A stretch of 64,000 bases of DNA, taken from assembly GCA_044892525.1 (NCBI GenBank), contig CM097885.1:21330001-21394000 (forward strand). Direction: 5' to 3'. The notes below the pieces were generated by a model. It did no database searches. It was not told the origin of the DNA and saw nothing but the letters and a program-made list of their open reading frames with translations. Positions 1-14,877 of the stretch are shown here, piece by piece (the first letter of the stretch is position 1; each line of letters starts with the position of its first letter). The translations under genes and the position numbers were made by a program. This DNA is from Schmidtea polychroa. Its lineage: Eukaryota.

Positions 1-37
1 TTAAAATTTTCGAATTTTTAGTTTTTCAAAAATGATT

Positions 38-85
38 AATAATAATAATAATCTTAATAATATAAATAATAATTATAATAATAAT

Positions 86-143
<58 letters not shown>
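38..143. repeat. (AAT)n microsatellite
   Basis: Near-perfect AAT run visible in the sequence. Confidence 0.95.
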
Positions 144-156
144 GTTATGTTTTAAT

Positions 157-295
157 TCTTGAAATTTAATTATAATGTTTACTATTGTTTGTATATTAAT
201 TAATATTGGTGTGTATAGGAAAGGTTTGTTAGAACCTAACAGAGTCTCCTGTAAAAATCTGTGTCGGGACTGCTAGGGTGTGTGTATGTAATGCG
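157..295 (+). repeat. Dispersed repeat; inverted copy at about 61457-61597
   Basis: ggaaaggtttgttagaacctaacagagtctcctgtaaaaatctgtgtcgggactgctagggtg is, with few mismatches, the reverse complement of caccctaacagtcccgacacaaatttttacaggagaccctgttaggttctaacaaacctttcc. Confidence 0.85.
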
Positions 296-3200
296 AAAAA
301 GAATGATAATAATAATAACTGTAACACAATTAACAAAATGATCAACGAATTAACAACTTCAAAGTTGAAACTTTATTAATAAACGAAAGCTACTTCGAAT
401 TTACAATAAAATGCTGAAATGTTCTAAATCTGTAGATGAGATTAACTTTGGGGAATTCTCAATAAAATTCTAAAATATTCTAGATCGGCTGATGAACTTA
501 ACATCGAATTTTCTTTTACAAGTTTTAGAAACTCCAATTTCGTGTTATAATTTTATTCTTTAATCTTTTATCGATTTTTATTCTTTTGAATTTACTATTG
601 TAAATTATCGCTATATAGTTTTTATTTTCTTACCCACGCACGCGACGAGTGACAATAATTAATAAAGAAAGTTCGTTACGATTTCTAATTACAAATAAAA
701 GAAAATAACATAACGCTACAATACAACAATAATAATAATAATAATAAAATGAATTGAAATGACTGCCCGACATCTCCGTTCTCAAGTTCTGGATAACTGT
801 CGACTGAGGGAATTGATTTATATCAGCAAACACAATTTTTTGTTTAGGTTTTCATTTTTGTATTTGGAATGCTATACAGTTTGCGTTAAGATTTTGAACA
901 AGAAGTTATCTATTCAACGTTTCTAATTCCTGTTTTTAACTTCGTGTTTATTAGTAGATTTTAAATCTTACTTAGATGGTGTTCGGATCTTGGTTATGAA
1001 TATTTATGCCATGGGTGCAAGCGAACAAAATTTACACTTAATGTCATAAGAAATTGACATTAAGTTGACATAAGATTGAAACATTCTGGCACTGCAGCAG
1101 TTCGTTCATATATCTATTATTAATTTGCATTTGAAGTTAATTAATTTTATTTGAGCAACAATTCTTGGCATTTTCATAAATGTTAACGGATAATAAATAT
1201 TCAAGGCTGTTCAAATTTTAAAACTGACATTTTTTGTTATATGAATTGAAATGATAATTAAAAAAAATCATTGGTGTCATTATGATTGTTATGATGGTTC
1301 GTATTGTGACACAATATATAGAAATTGATAATGTTAAAATTAACTACTGTAGCCATCCGATCACATTACTATTTCGAATATATTAAAGCTACAGCCGAAT
1401 TTGAAATTTTAAATGGTGGCTAAAGCCGATTTGTCTGTCAAATTATTAATTTCATTAAAATTTTTAATTCATCCATATTATATACTTTTTTGTTTATGTT
1501 TGGCTATTAATTATCTGAGATTTACTATATATTATTAATTATAATAAATTCAATAAAGACCACAATTTTTTGAATCAATTTTAGATAATAAAACACACAC
1601 TAATCCACAATTTCACAACCTAATTGAATCATTGGACGTGTGCTCACACTCGACCAAAAGTAAAATGGAAGGTGCTAACATAAATTTCTTCCACAATCTG
1701 TGTATAACTATTGTGACCTCAATTTTGAGCATACAAAATGCTATATTTTGAGATAATTATATGTGTGATTATACATGTAATTATGTGTTGTAATTATATA
1801 TGTTTAGGAGATTTGTAGGACCCAGTCGAGTCACCTTTAAAATGAAAATGTCTCAGGATAGCTGGGGTGTTTGTGTGTGTGGTTTAAGTTATGTCCAAAT
1901 ACAACAAAAATAATAATATAAAGTTTATTAACCTGAATAATTAAATTTCACAATAATAAATTTTCTGTTCCTTTTAATCAAATAAATATTCGATTAATAA
2001 AAATCTTCTTATGTTTTAGTGTTTAATTTTCTATTTATTCTTTTTATTAATTAATTTTTTTTATAATTCTCTTTATAATTTTATTAATTATTTTTTTAGT
2101 AAAATTAACATAAAATATAACTGCATTGCAAATCCTATTTACAATTTCATAATTACAAAAGAAAATACAACAATACACTACACCAAATCGAGGCACGCTC
2201 AGACACTAGGAAATGTCAGATATGCACACTTTCAGAATATGTAAAGGCAATTTCGTCTAAATGCAGTGCGATTATTAATTTTGTTAAAATATTATATCGG
2301 GATAACCAAACACAATTCCAATATTACATGGTTTTGGTAGGTACAGCGGATGTGTTTTTGTTTGCAGGCTGTCATTGTAGCGGGATTCTGGTGGTTAACA
2401 TTATTTTTAGCATCGTTATCAATCATATTATTTAAAAATACAAACGTTTATAAATATTTCGTTAACGATTAAAATTTGTAAAACGATTATAATTATTTTT
2501 TTTAGTCTATTTTTTATTTTATTAATAAAAAATAAAAACTGATGTGTCAAAATCTAAACAGAACAATGTTAAAATAACCTGGGAATCCATGTATTGTCAC
2601 AGTATTTTTTTACCCGTCCTGTAGCCGTTCATCAATTTTAACTTCAATATAAATATTAATTACAAACCAATCAAATCAATACAAATTCACATAAATATTT
2701 GCACAACATCATATTCTATTGTTGAAATCGAAAATAGGGGTTAGCAATCTTAAGACAAATCTGACTCCAAATAAATATTAATATAAATTATAGATATAAA
2801 TTAGTAGGGTTTAGTCCTATAAAAATAAAAGAGCTAATAAAATTATTTCTATTTGTTATACAAGTTTTACAATTGTGTTGTATTTACAATAATTTATAAG
2901 AGTGAAAAAAACTGAATCAATGGTTCCCTGCAAGAAGTTGATGACCCCTTAGCAGTGAATATTGAATTTGAAGGATGTAAGAAGTTCTCTGTTTCAAGCA
3001 CGATTGAATTTGTAACTATTCTTATTTTAAATTATCTCTTTAATATCCTGATTGATGAATCCGTTTGATTCACTTTTTTTACCATATTATTGCTATTTCG
3101 CTCATATGTTACCATTGTTATTAGATGATTTACATAGTTTATTGTTAATTTGTAATTAATTCATTTATATTTTATATAAATTCTTATATTACAGTGATTT

Positions 3201-4302
3201 CGCTTATTTATTACGTCAATTTTTAACCACTACTATTAAATGACCTATATGTCAATTTGTTGTGAACATATTGATATTTTATATTATTGTTATCTTCTTA
3301 CAGGTTACATCAATCTTTTGTTATTGTTATAAATTGATCTATATAGTTAAAATACCAAATGTATTGATTTTTTGAGAAACCCCTGCTAAAATTAGTATCA
3401 AAATTTCCTGTCAATCATATAGTCGTAAACCCTAAACCTAAATATAGTAGCAGACCCCCCTTCCGGTGGTTACCCACTTCCCAAATAATATAAAATAAAC
3501 CAGCCGCTACAGACTAACTATCGCGCACCAATCAATCACCGATAATTAAGGATAAAATTCGTAATTTGATATATCCGTGTGTGTAACGATCTTTCATGGA
3601 ACCTAACTTCCGCTAAATATCATGAATCTTCCCTAGTCTTACTTAGTGGGCCTCAGCGTGAACTTTTACGTAGTACGTATGGTACGTATGCGGACGCAGA
3701 CCGTCTGCCTTTCTCACTTATCTCACTCATTTTGTATTTTTCAGAAATGTTGTTAGTATCCATCTGGGAAATAAAGTATTCGAGTTTTACTTGTCGTCCT
3801 TACTCGTACTTTTCCCACCAGACTACCAGGAATAGGTATGACTGCTTCCGGGTATTTATTGGATTTAATGGATTTTATCCAATATATTTTCAAGAAACTC
3901 TAATATCTGAAAAATTTAAAAATAATTATTGCTAAATAATTTCTGACCATACACTGTAAGATATTGTCACAATTGCCTTTATCTAGATTATGTACTGTCA
4001 TGTCTGCACACTACAAATTATAATATATCTAAAATATAACAGTCTAAATGAACTAAACATATTAAACTATATTTATTTTTTAAAAATTAATTAATTATTT
4101 AATAATAACTAGGTAGTGAATAAAACTCGGTGGGTTCTGCATAAAATTAATAACTAATAAGCAGTAAATCGAAGAAAACACGATAAAAGTATAAGAAAGG
4201 AAAATCAATTTTAAATACAAATTTATTTAATTCAAATCTTCACAGATTTCTTCAATAATCTTGATTGAATTCTCCATCGGTATTGTTTTGATGATGAAAA
4301 GT

Positions 4303-4400
4303 AAACTTCAACAAATTGTTGACATAAGTGGAAAACATCCAGTAATATTTTTCAAGTCTGGTAAGTGTCGAATAATGGTATGTAAAAAATCAATCAAAAT
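4303..4400 (+). pseudogene. TBP-like repeat fragment (probable Polinton accessory gene)
   Basis: Manual translation KLQQIVDISGKHPVIFFKSGKCRIMVCKK resembles the TBP repeat motif LIFxSGKxxxTG. Confidence 0.5.
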
Positions 4401-4972
4401 TTAAGATTCAAAATATGAAATCAAAACACAATTTGAATATAAGTCCCTCTTGATATTGAGACTTTAGACTGAAGCCTAGATAGCTTATAGGAAAATCTGG
4501 GGAAATAGTTAGGCTGTTTCATTGTAAAAAAAACCTTTAACCATTTTGTTTAACGGAATTTATTTTAAGCTTTTTTACCGATAGCCAAAATATAGTATAA
4601 TCAATAGTACCTTAAAATTAGCCTCACTATTGTGATTCAGATTGACAAACCCCTTTAGCCCTCTGCACTTTAGTTCATTTTGACCTGAAAAAATGTTAGT
4701 CAAAAATAGGCCTCACTATACTGTTTCAAATTGACATTGCCCCTCGTTATAGTGATTCAAATTGACAAAAAAAATTGAATTAAATATTACGGGATTATAT
4801 AATCAAATATTAATCCGGATTAATTACACGATTATGTAATTAATCTAATGGGTAGGGTGCAAAATATGAGCTGGTTGCAGTTAATGCCTATCTACTGGTG
4901 TTATTTACATCTTCAAGGTTTTTGAAATTCGAAAACGTCCTGCTTTTGAAAGACATAGGTCTTTGTAAGAAT

Positions 4973-5595
4973 ATGGAGTGGACGACTCTATACTCAATGC
5001 CAGAAAATAGATACGTTGAATTCAAATACTGGAGTAAAACTATAAAACAGCAGTTTGTCGTCTATGTGGAATTTGAATCGATATTACCTCTAAATAACAA
5101 ATATTTCCAAAAATATGAGCCGGCTGCAGTTGAATTTGTGTTTCTTTATCAAGGTCTTTCAATCCGAAATGAAAAATTTGTTGGGAAAGACTGTATTGTT
5201 CAGTTTATATATCGCTACAGACATAGTTTATCCGCCGTATAAAATTAATGGATCAAAGGAAATGATGGAGCTTATTTGTGAACAGCAAAAAGAATTTAAG
5301 AACCAAATACATATTCCGTTATGGAAGTATTACAAAAAATAATTAAGCTACCATTGATTTGGTCAGTAATTAATCATGCAGAATATTTACATGTCATCCA
5401 AATATGTTAACATCACAGCTGTAAGACACTATTAAATTATATGCTAGTGTAACTTAAGTTGATTGTTTTTGAAGCATTCAGAGACAAAACATTTGTGGAA
5501 GATAGATTGGAGGCATTCTTTTGATTCTATCAGCGGATTGAGTTGAACTTCAGCTCTTAAAGTGTGAACCATTAGAAATTATTCAAGATTCAGAG
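4973..5595 (+). pseudogene. Polinton-type protein-primed DNA polymerase B fragments
   Basis: MPENRYVEFKYWSKTIKQQFVVYVEFESIL matches the pPolB FKN...F(V)IYADFES ExoI region. Downstream IVFEAFRDK...ISGLS*TSALK matches DVFENFR...PGLSWxAxLK. Disrupted and internally deleted. Confidence 0.75.
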
Positions 5596-6027
5596 CTCTT
5601 GTACTTGGGATAGAATGATGGTTTTTAATAAAATTTAAATTTAAAAAATATGATTCAATTGAATTTATATTTGATCTTGACATATTTCATGACATTTTAA
5701 TGACCTTAAAAGTGCACTGGAGTGTAATGATGTAAAGTAATGATGACAAAAACATGTCACAAGTAATGATAACGTCAAAGCCAAAATATATTAAATATAC
5801 TCACAATCCACCATGATAATAATCATAAATAATAATTAAAATGTTGAGGTTCCAAAATATCAACTTTGATCAATTATATAAATAAATATGTATAAAACTC
5901 TTAAAAACTTATTAATTTAAACAAATATTTTTACAAATCAAAAGTTTTATATCAATAACGTTTTTCAAGGCAACTTTGTTTTCGAATGCTGTTGCTTAAG
6001 CTAGGCTATATACTGTATGCTTTAATA

Positions 6028-7900
<1,873 letters not shown>

Positions 7901-8159
7901 TTTAAATACATACCAAAATCTAAATCACTTTGTAATGTTTCTTCTAAAGTGCCCCCTTTTCTTGATAAATCAGACGATAACGTTGGAAATGACATAGAAG
8001 TGGAAGGATCCGAAGTACATGAGAGCTCGCTTGAATTTATTCATTCACCTTTCGCTTCTTGATAAAAAAATTCTTATATCAATCATTATGAGTGAAATGA
8101 AGATTTTTATTTTTATAAACAAATAACTAAGATAATTTTGTTAACTTTATAGTATAGCC

Positions 8160-8318
8160 CAGGGGTCGACACGCAGTGGAGAGAATTATTTTCATAAAGA
8201 ACTGTATTATTTAATATGGCAGACATATATCATTACTTATTTGTTAAAATAAGGTGGTACCCTGAATTAATTGACAGAGTGGCTTGGCACATCACAGCTA
8301 AAAGGTTGCCGACCCCTG
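8160..8318. mobile_element. Buster-type hAT MITE (159 bp)
   Basis: TIRs caggggtcg... and ...cgacccctg; 8-bp TSD gtatagcc/ttatagcc (7/8 match, central TA). Confidence 0.85.
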
Positions 8319-8379
8319 TTATAGCCTATTCGGTGATAGTATTGTACATTTCCACTAAAACATATAAATATATGAGCAC

Positions 8380-9925
8380 TAGGGATTCTGAAGTCTCGGG
8401 TTTTTCAAAGTTCCGAGACTTACTTTACTCTTCAATAAAATTGTATAAAAAGTGCTTGTATGTTATATTGTGTGTAAAAAACGAAATTTAATTAAATTAC
8501 ATATTTTTTAATACATTTATTTATAAAATTCAGGAATACACAAAAACATAATCGTAACCATAAAAACATTTAAAAGTATTATACATAGGTATATATTTAT
8601 TTTTGCTGAGCGCAATAAGCTTGTAAAAATAATAATGCATTTAAAGATGAATCAGATAACCTATTTCTGATTTTTGTCGTAAATATTCCTGCTGTTGAGA
8701 ATACTCACTCGTTCTCTGTCGACGTTGGTTTTATTGTTAGACTGAAGCGAGCATCCGCTTCTTTCAAACATTTTATTTTAGCAATCATTTCATCTTTTCT
8801 CTCTTCGTAAAATTTTAATATTAATCAGATTGATTCTTTGGTAATATAAATCCTTTTTGCTTAATATATTCTCGAATGGAATCACTACCTGTAATCCCTT
8901 TTATGGAAAAACCATCTTTAGCAGCTAACCGGGCAACAATTTCAGGGAGTGATTGTTTTTTCATGATATTTGATATAGATGGTTGGCATATTGTAATTCT
9001 TTTGGGACTATTTAAACATTCCGTATTTTTGGGTTCTTCTAAAGTTTTTTTATCTACATAAATATCATGAACTCTTTCTAGATGTCTTGCAAATCCAGTT
9101 GTAATCCTTTGCATGAAATTTGTCTTGGACAGTGTTTGCATTGAGCTGAATAATTTTGTGGTAGTTTTTTGTAATACTTCCATTATGGGCTAAAAAATGA
9201 TCGAATAAAAAATAACAATAAAATGATAATACGTATTTTATACGAAATATCCAAAGCAAATAGTATTATAATTACCGTTAAAATGAATTAAAAATGGTAA
9301 TATCCAAATCTGCAGTTCACAATTTTAAAAATAAATTGATAATTCATTTTGCAACTTGTTAAAAACTATATCGAGTATCTAAATATGTAGAAAGAAACTG
9401 ATCGTATCTAGTAAGTTTATAATCAATAGAAAAATATAACAATCAACTAAATTGGTTTTATAACATGTGAGAATGCTAGCTGGACGTTTATTTGTCATGT
9501 ATTCTGCCGACAGATATGTGAAATACATGTAACATGACACTGACCAAGCGTGTCAATTGAGACGGCCCATTGTTTTCACACGTACCTTCACCGTCTCCAA
9601 AGGGTTGATATTTTATGTACATCCATAACACATTAACACATCCGTTGGAAAACAACGAGCAATGTTTACGTTAAAAATAAATTTAAATTTACGATGGCGA
9701 ATGATGTCGGGTTTGGAAATTGGATAAAAATATTTTATCTAATTTCCAGATTGCGTAGTTTTTGAAGGAGGACTGACCAAAAATAAAAACATCTTGCAAC
9801 ATTTGCAAAAAAAATCGACAAATAAAATGTAAAATATATTACCTACATTTTTATTCAAAAAGTCTCGAGTCCCGGGAATTTTTTGATGAAAGTGCCGAGA
9901 CTCGAGACAGACGCAGAATTCCTTA
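8380..9925 (-). mobile_element. Internally deleted hAT element
   Basis: Imperfect TIRs tagggattctg and cagaattcctta. ORF 8821-9183 has a BED-like RHLERVH and LPEIVARLAAKDGFS. A dimerisation-domain remnant ERVFSTAGIFTTKIRNRLSDSSLNALLFL lies at about 8620-8740. No TSD seen. Confidence 0.75.
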
Positions 9926-9939
9926 TGCTTATTATTATT

Positions 9940-10720
9940 GGTCTCACCAAATATGAGTAGCAAACGTTATGAATCGTAATATGTCAATGAGTTACTCAGC
10001 ATGCATCAAAGCACGAACTGCTCCGACATATAAGACATAATATTTTATTCTTTCTCGAGACGAAAAAATATTTTGAATCCCATTTCTGTTGAAAGTTACG
10101 ATGTTCATCTTCAACTATTCTTTTCATTTTCATACTTCTGCTTGGCCCAAACATACTATTTCTCAGTACACCTAAATCCGAAATATAAACGTTTCTATAA
10201 TCTAAAAAAATCGATAAAATTATACTATAGTAACACACAAACTTAACTGTGTCCAAAAATTTTTCAATATATTTCAATAAATTAACAAGAAAACACGATG
10301 TTAAAAATAGACTGAGCAGAGAGGCACTGCGTAGTGGCAACCCTTGGCGTTTTCACAGATGATGGTGACGATTGACGATCAATGATTGACAGGAGTAGAC
10401 AGTGACAGGAAGCAAGACACTTGTAGACTGCATTGTGTTGCCATAATTAAAACAGCTGCACGGTAATCACGCGATTAATGTTGCCATATTTTAAATTATT
10501 CGAATGATAAATTGTATAAAAACAAAAGCATTAATAATTTGTTAAAAATGCCAAATTCATGTTGTTTTAAAATTTAATTAAATTAAAAAATTCATGTTGT
10601 TTTAAAATTTGATTAAATTAACAAATTAATGTTTAAAATTTTAAAAAAATCTGAGTTCCACAGCCACAAATTATTTTTTACCGAGCCATTTGTCTGCGGG
10701 CCGCGTGTTTGACAGGCCTG
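9940..10720 (-). mobile_element. Buster/GTF2IRD2-type hAT fragment with 5' TIR
   Basis: KRIVEDEHRNFQQKWDSKYFFVSRKNKILCLIC is a typical N-terminus. TIR caggcctgtcaaacacgcggcccgc on the minus strand ends at 10720. Confidence 0.8.
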
Positions 10721-11121
10721 ATCTATAGGTTCATAGATTTCCTCATCAATTTCTTGCGTGTCATCATTTTCTTGACTATCGCCGGTTTCTTGAGTGACTT
10801 CCTGATCATCAAATCCATAATCTTGACTCTCAACTACTCAGCCTATATTTAATGCATTTGTAACAGATAATATGTCCTCCATTTTTACACCAGCTATTTC
10901 CACTTATTTTTCCAACAAAAAGTTAATTAAAAATCCTATTAAAAATTATTTAATTAATTATGTTAACCTTTTTCTGCAGTCATTATTATCACTTTATAAC
11001 TATATTGTAAGTTTGTTTATAGATTGCCTTTGTTAAATTTACATGTCTTTTGCATTAATGTTGAAATTTCTTTGTTAATAAAGAGAAAAAACAAATATGA
11101 CTAATACATTTATTAAATACA

Positions 11122-11532
11122 TTAAAATAGTTGTGAAAGTCTAGCTGACATAATTTTCCAAAAAGGAGAATACACATCATTATTATCAACTTTATATCCC
11201 TGGATTGCAATTGTTATATACCAATTTTCATTTTCTTTGAAACTAATTTCATCAAAGGAATAATAAAATCTTGCATATCTGTTGTTGAACCATGGATGTT
11301 GATTACATGCTAGATTTGAATATATCCGTTTATAAACATCATCAATAGTTTTAACATCTATCATTGAAAGCGTGCCGGATAAGAATTGAAATTTAGTTGG
11401 AATTAGCTTGACTGGTGTAACCAATTTCATATTGATTTCTTCTTTCAAAAAATACATTTTGTAGTTGTGGAACATTTGAACCGGTTGTACCATTTCTTTA
11501 GGCTTTTCTGTGCATGAAATTTTCTTGGTCAT
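11122..11532 (-). CDS. Intronless 136-aa hypothetical protein, probable Polinton accessory gene
   Basis: Clean ATG-to-stop ORF with a CCAAT box at ~11595 and a TATA-like tataaaaa at ~11566-11573 upstream, and AATAAA at the stop. It neighbours the TBP-like gene. Confidence 0.55.
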   Translation of the reverse strand: MTKKISCTEKPKEMVQPVQMFHNYKMYFLKEEINMKLVTPVKLIPTKFQFLSGTLSMIDVKTIDDVYKRIYSNLACNQHPWFNNRYARFYYSFDEISFKENENWYITIAIQGYKVDNNDVYSPFWKIMSARLSQLF

Positions 11533-12211
11533 CGTGTATAATGATTAAATTGAAATGTTACAGGGTTTTTATACCTTTGACTCAAGCTCATCAACCAATC
11601 AGATTATAGTATGTCTTTGTTTAAATTTGCATGTCATTTGCATTAATGTTGCATTAATGTTCATATTATTAATGTGACATATTATTATTATTATTACTAT
11701 TTGAAATATAAAATAAAAACACGATATAAAACATTTATTAACATCCAAGATCTACAATCGGGAGTAGTGAAGCCTTCTCAGAGTTTTCACTAACTCCCAT
11801 TCAACATATCGCCGATAACGATCGGCACAACAGGAGCATCCGATGATGCATTGATATTCGGGCTACATGTGTTTCATCGTCCTATTGATCTTCAGATCCC
11901 ATAGGAATTGATGAAATACTTCCAAGATTCGGATTTGCGTTGCATAAAATATTAGATCCGGAATGATCTCTGGTTCTCGATCCTTGATAATGTCGGTTAT
12001 TTGTGGATAGTAATATTTTATTCTATTCATCATCACTTCTAAATATTTATCTAAAATAACAAATATAAAAAATGTAAAAATGAAAATTTAAAATTTACCG
12101 TAATCATCGATATCCTTCATCAGATTCGCTGCACTGGGAATTTTGTACATTGATTTTTAAACAAAAAACCGTTTGTTTAAAACAATCATTAACCAATTAG
12201 AAATTACCCAA

Positions 12212-12496
12212 TTAGAAATCGACCAATGAAATTATCTCATTTCGAACATTGTCAACAAATTCTCTATACTCCGAATTTCTCAACCCCAGCATGACAACCT
12301 TTCCACTAGCAAACACGTTGACACATATAGGGTTATATTTTAATAGTCCTAGTGCCGGAAATAATTCCGGTTCAAACACACAATCACATTTTTTCGACAT
12401 GTTATATAGATTGATACTATGTCCCATATCCATAGTAAAACTACGCGTGATGAGAATAAAATGTGAAGGAAAGGAGATATTAAGATGTATCTCCAA
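12212..12496 (-). pseudogene. Divergent TATA-box-binding-protein-like C-terminal repeat, 5'-truncated
   Basis: DMGHSINL...FEPELFPAL...VNVFASGKVVMLG matches TBP DVKFPIRL...YEPELFPGL...LIFVSGKVVLTG. Intronless. Confidence 0.8.
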
Positions 12497-12804
12497 ATTA
12501 TGTTTGATTATAAAAGAAGAAGCTAATGGAGATTTGAGATTGACACCAAGGTTTCAAGGGGGAGAGGATGGTTAATTAACGGTTGAGTGTTCTCGCGTCT
12601 GTGTGCGTTTTCGGCTTGGATTTTGGATTGATTTGTGTGCGCACACAGACGCTGACAGTTGTGGAGTTTGCTATTCAGTGTCGATTTTGGAAATATGAGA
12701 TTGTTTTTGCTGGAATTTATGTGAGTTTTTATATCAGAGTTGTTTTAAAGATTTGAATTTTGAGAAGAGTTTTGAAAATAAAATTTTGGTGAATTTAGTT
12801 TTTA

Positions 12805-13400
12805 ATGGCTTCGATTAATACAGATAATTACTATGATCAGAAATGCAACAGGGATGTTCACATAAAATTTTGGTGAATTTAGTTTTTTTAGATTTTGGAA
12901 ATATGAGATTGTATGATGGATTTATTGAAAGAATTGAATCTGATAACTCAATGGAAAGTGATGATGATGCCTTGAATATTTTTCATATTATTCGTCATAT
13001 TCCTGTTGGCAGTACTACAAACGAAACTGATGGTTCCTTTTTTTATTTCTCCAAGATATCCTGATAACAGAAATAGTGTTTTTGGCCAATTAATATCAAG
13101 TTTATTTGGTGGATTGCTGCCACTGGATTTTAGATCGGATTCATCAGATTACATATTTTCAGATCAATGTTTCGATAATTTTGTAACGAGTATTATGAAT
13201 CAATTTGAACAGAGTGGTCCTCCACCAGCAAATGAGGCAGATATTGGGAAATTACAAGTCAAGAAAATCACCGCAGCTAATGATACAGGTTCCATTTGTC
13301 TGTCAGGTTATGAGGTGGCCGATGAAGTGTACGAGTTGCCCTGTCAGTATAGATACCCTGTTCAGTGTCTAGAAACGTGGATGATTAAACATGGTAGCAG
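12805..13400 (+). pseudogene. RNF115/RNF126-like RING-H2 E3 ligase pseudogene
   Basis: N-terminal YYxxKC...GFIER, DYIF..FDNFVTSIMNQFEQSGPPPA and a decayed RING GSICLSGYEVADEVYELPCQYRYPVQCLETW. Several zinc ligands are lost and the frame is shifted. Confidence 0.8.
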
Positions 13401-13588
13401 AGCGTGGTTCACTTCAGGGGGCTACGCACCAATGTTGCAGTGGAGACAGCCCTGACTGATCAATGGTGAATTAAACATTTTATTTACATTTCATCTACAT
13501 TTTATTTGCATTTCATTTATATTTCATTTGGAAGTTATATATGTAAAATCAACCATACTCCCTTCCCTATCGAGCGTGAAAATGTACT

Positions 13589-13605
13589 GCTATGGGCCCC
13601 TGCAC
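13589..13605 (+). other. Possible primer-binding site complementary to the anticodon arm of initiator tRNA-Met
   Basis: gctatgggcccctgcac compared with the copia-type PBS GGTTATGGGCCCAGCAC; imperfect match. Confidence 0.4.
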
Positions 13606-13781
13606 TCTTTTAAAGTGTTTAGCCAGGGGAACAGTTTAAATAAAAATAAAATAAAAAGCTGAGCGTTTTTGCGAGCTAAGTCAAGGGTGAGGGCGAGCGG
13701 AGTAATGGGTTTTGACTCAAAACTTTTGAGGCGTGTTGTTGGCGAATAGAGGAAGAAGGAGAGTTTCGATTGAAAAGTAGG

Positions 13782-14005
13782 AAGCAAATATTTTTCAAAA
13801 CTCTTATTGGTAAACAATTACTCTTGGCGTTGAATTGAATGACACGATTGAAAAGGTAAAAGAAAAAATTCAAGGCAAAGAACGAATTCCAGTAAATTAT
13901 CAAATGTTAGTCTCCGCAGGAAAGCAATTAGAAAATAAAAGAATATTGAACGACTATAGCATACAAGTAGGTTCGACACTCCATTTGTCACTCAGGCTGT
14001 GCGGT
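13782..14005 (+). pseudogene. Divergent ubiquitin domain fused to a downstream non-ubiquitin reading frame
   Basis: [11 protein letters not shown][frameshift][19 protein letters not shown]...AGKQLE...[11 protein letters not shown] aligns with the full length of ubiquitin and reads on into [10 protein letters not shown]. Confidence 0.9.
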
Positions 14006-14309
14006 GACAATGACGAAGAGATTTTAGAAGAAGGACTTTGGAAAAAGAGAATGAAAAAAGGAAAATAAACGAGATTGAGAAACAAGATTCTCAATGATAT
14101 AAATGGGAACGAAGTTAGCGAATGGTTGGATGAATATGAAGATCAAAAGGAGAGTTTAGATGAAGAATTAGGGGATCTAAGAACGATCAGTAAAAAATTG
14201 CAAAGATTGGACATCACTGCAATCTTCTGATTCGAAGTCAATTTTATAGTAATTTATAGTAAAGCTAAAACTGAATATAAAAAGAGAACGCAAAGCAATA
14301 TCTCTTTTG

Positions 14310-14590
14310 TCATTGATAATGTAGAAGATTGAATTGATATATCTAATCCTTCCGATTAAATTGTTAAAATGTATATTGATCATCAATATTTAATAGTTGA
14401 ATGTAAATATCATCCGTTTACTATAAAATTTGATAGTTTGGCAATGGCAAAACGATAGGAATTAACAATAGAAATCATACCAATAACCTGTATAAACAAT
14501 ATGGAAATAAATACAAGAGTTGATTCTGGTCAATTAATCGAATTTGTAAAAGATTCAAAAACTCATTTGACACTATATTCGTAAAGTTGA
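14310..14590 (+). pseudogene. Polinton minor capsid (PX/penton) fragment
   Basis: C-terminal INNMEINTRVDSGQLIEFVKDSKTHLTL resembles PX IEIxIRDDxGxxxxF...VTLHFR and lies directly upstream of PW. Confidence 0.6.
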
Positions 14591-14603
14591 TGTTATTATT
14601 AGT

Positions 14604-14819
14604 ATGTATAGTGGTAGCCAAAGTGGTGGCGAATTACCATATTTTGTTGGTAAACAGTCCGGAAGTGGGTGTAGATTTGCATTACCAATTCTTAAACGTA
14701 TTGGTAATTTTGGTATGAAAACTGCAAAAGATGTAATTATGAATGACAAGAAAATATTACCATCGTTGAAATCAAATGAAGTTACTGAAATAAGTAAAGT
14801 AATACCTGGTATGTTTTAA
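14604..14819 (+). pseudogene. Polinton PW-like protein
   Basis: QSGGELPYFVGKQSGSG..RFALPILK is typical of the PW QxGG-LPxFxG-QxGxG motif. Confidence 0.65.
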
Positions 14820-14877
14820 GCTGAACCAGCACCAGTACCAACAAACGAATGAAAGGACATGGAATCATATTTGTAGA

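Noticed and set aside
480..520. Other CTGATGA motifs (489, 7261, 40012, 48245, 50011) as hammerheads
   Set aside because: None has a stem II followed by GAAA.
2620..3511. Possible solo LTR bounded by tgtagc...gctaca
   Set aside because: The flanks (gtcc/gact) give no TSD, and alternative tgtagc starts exist at 1348 and 2377.
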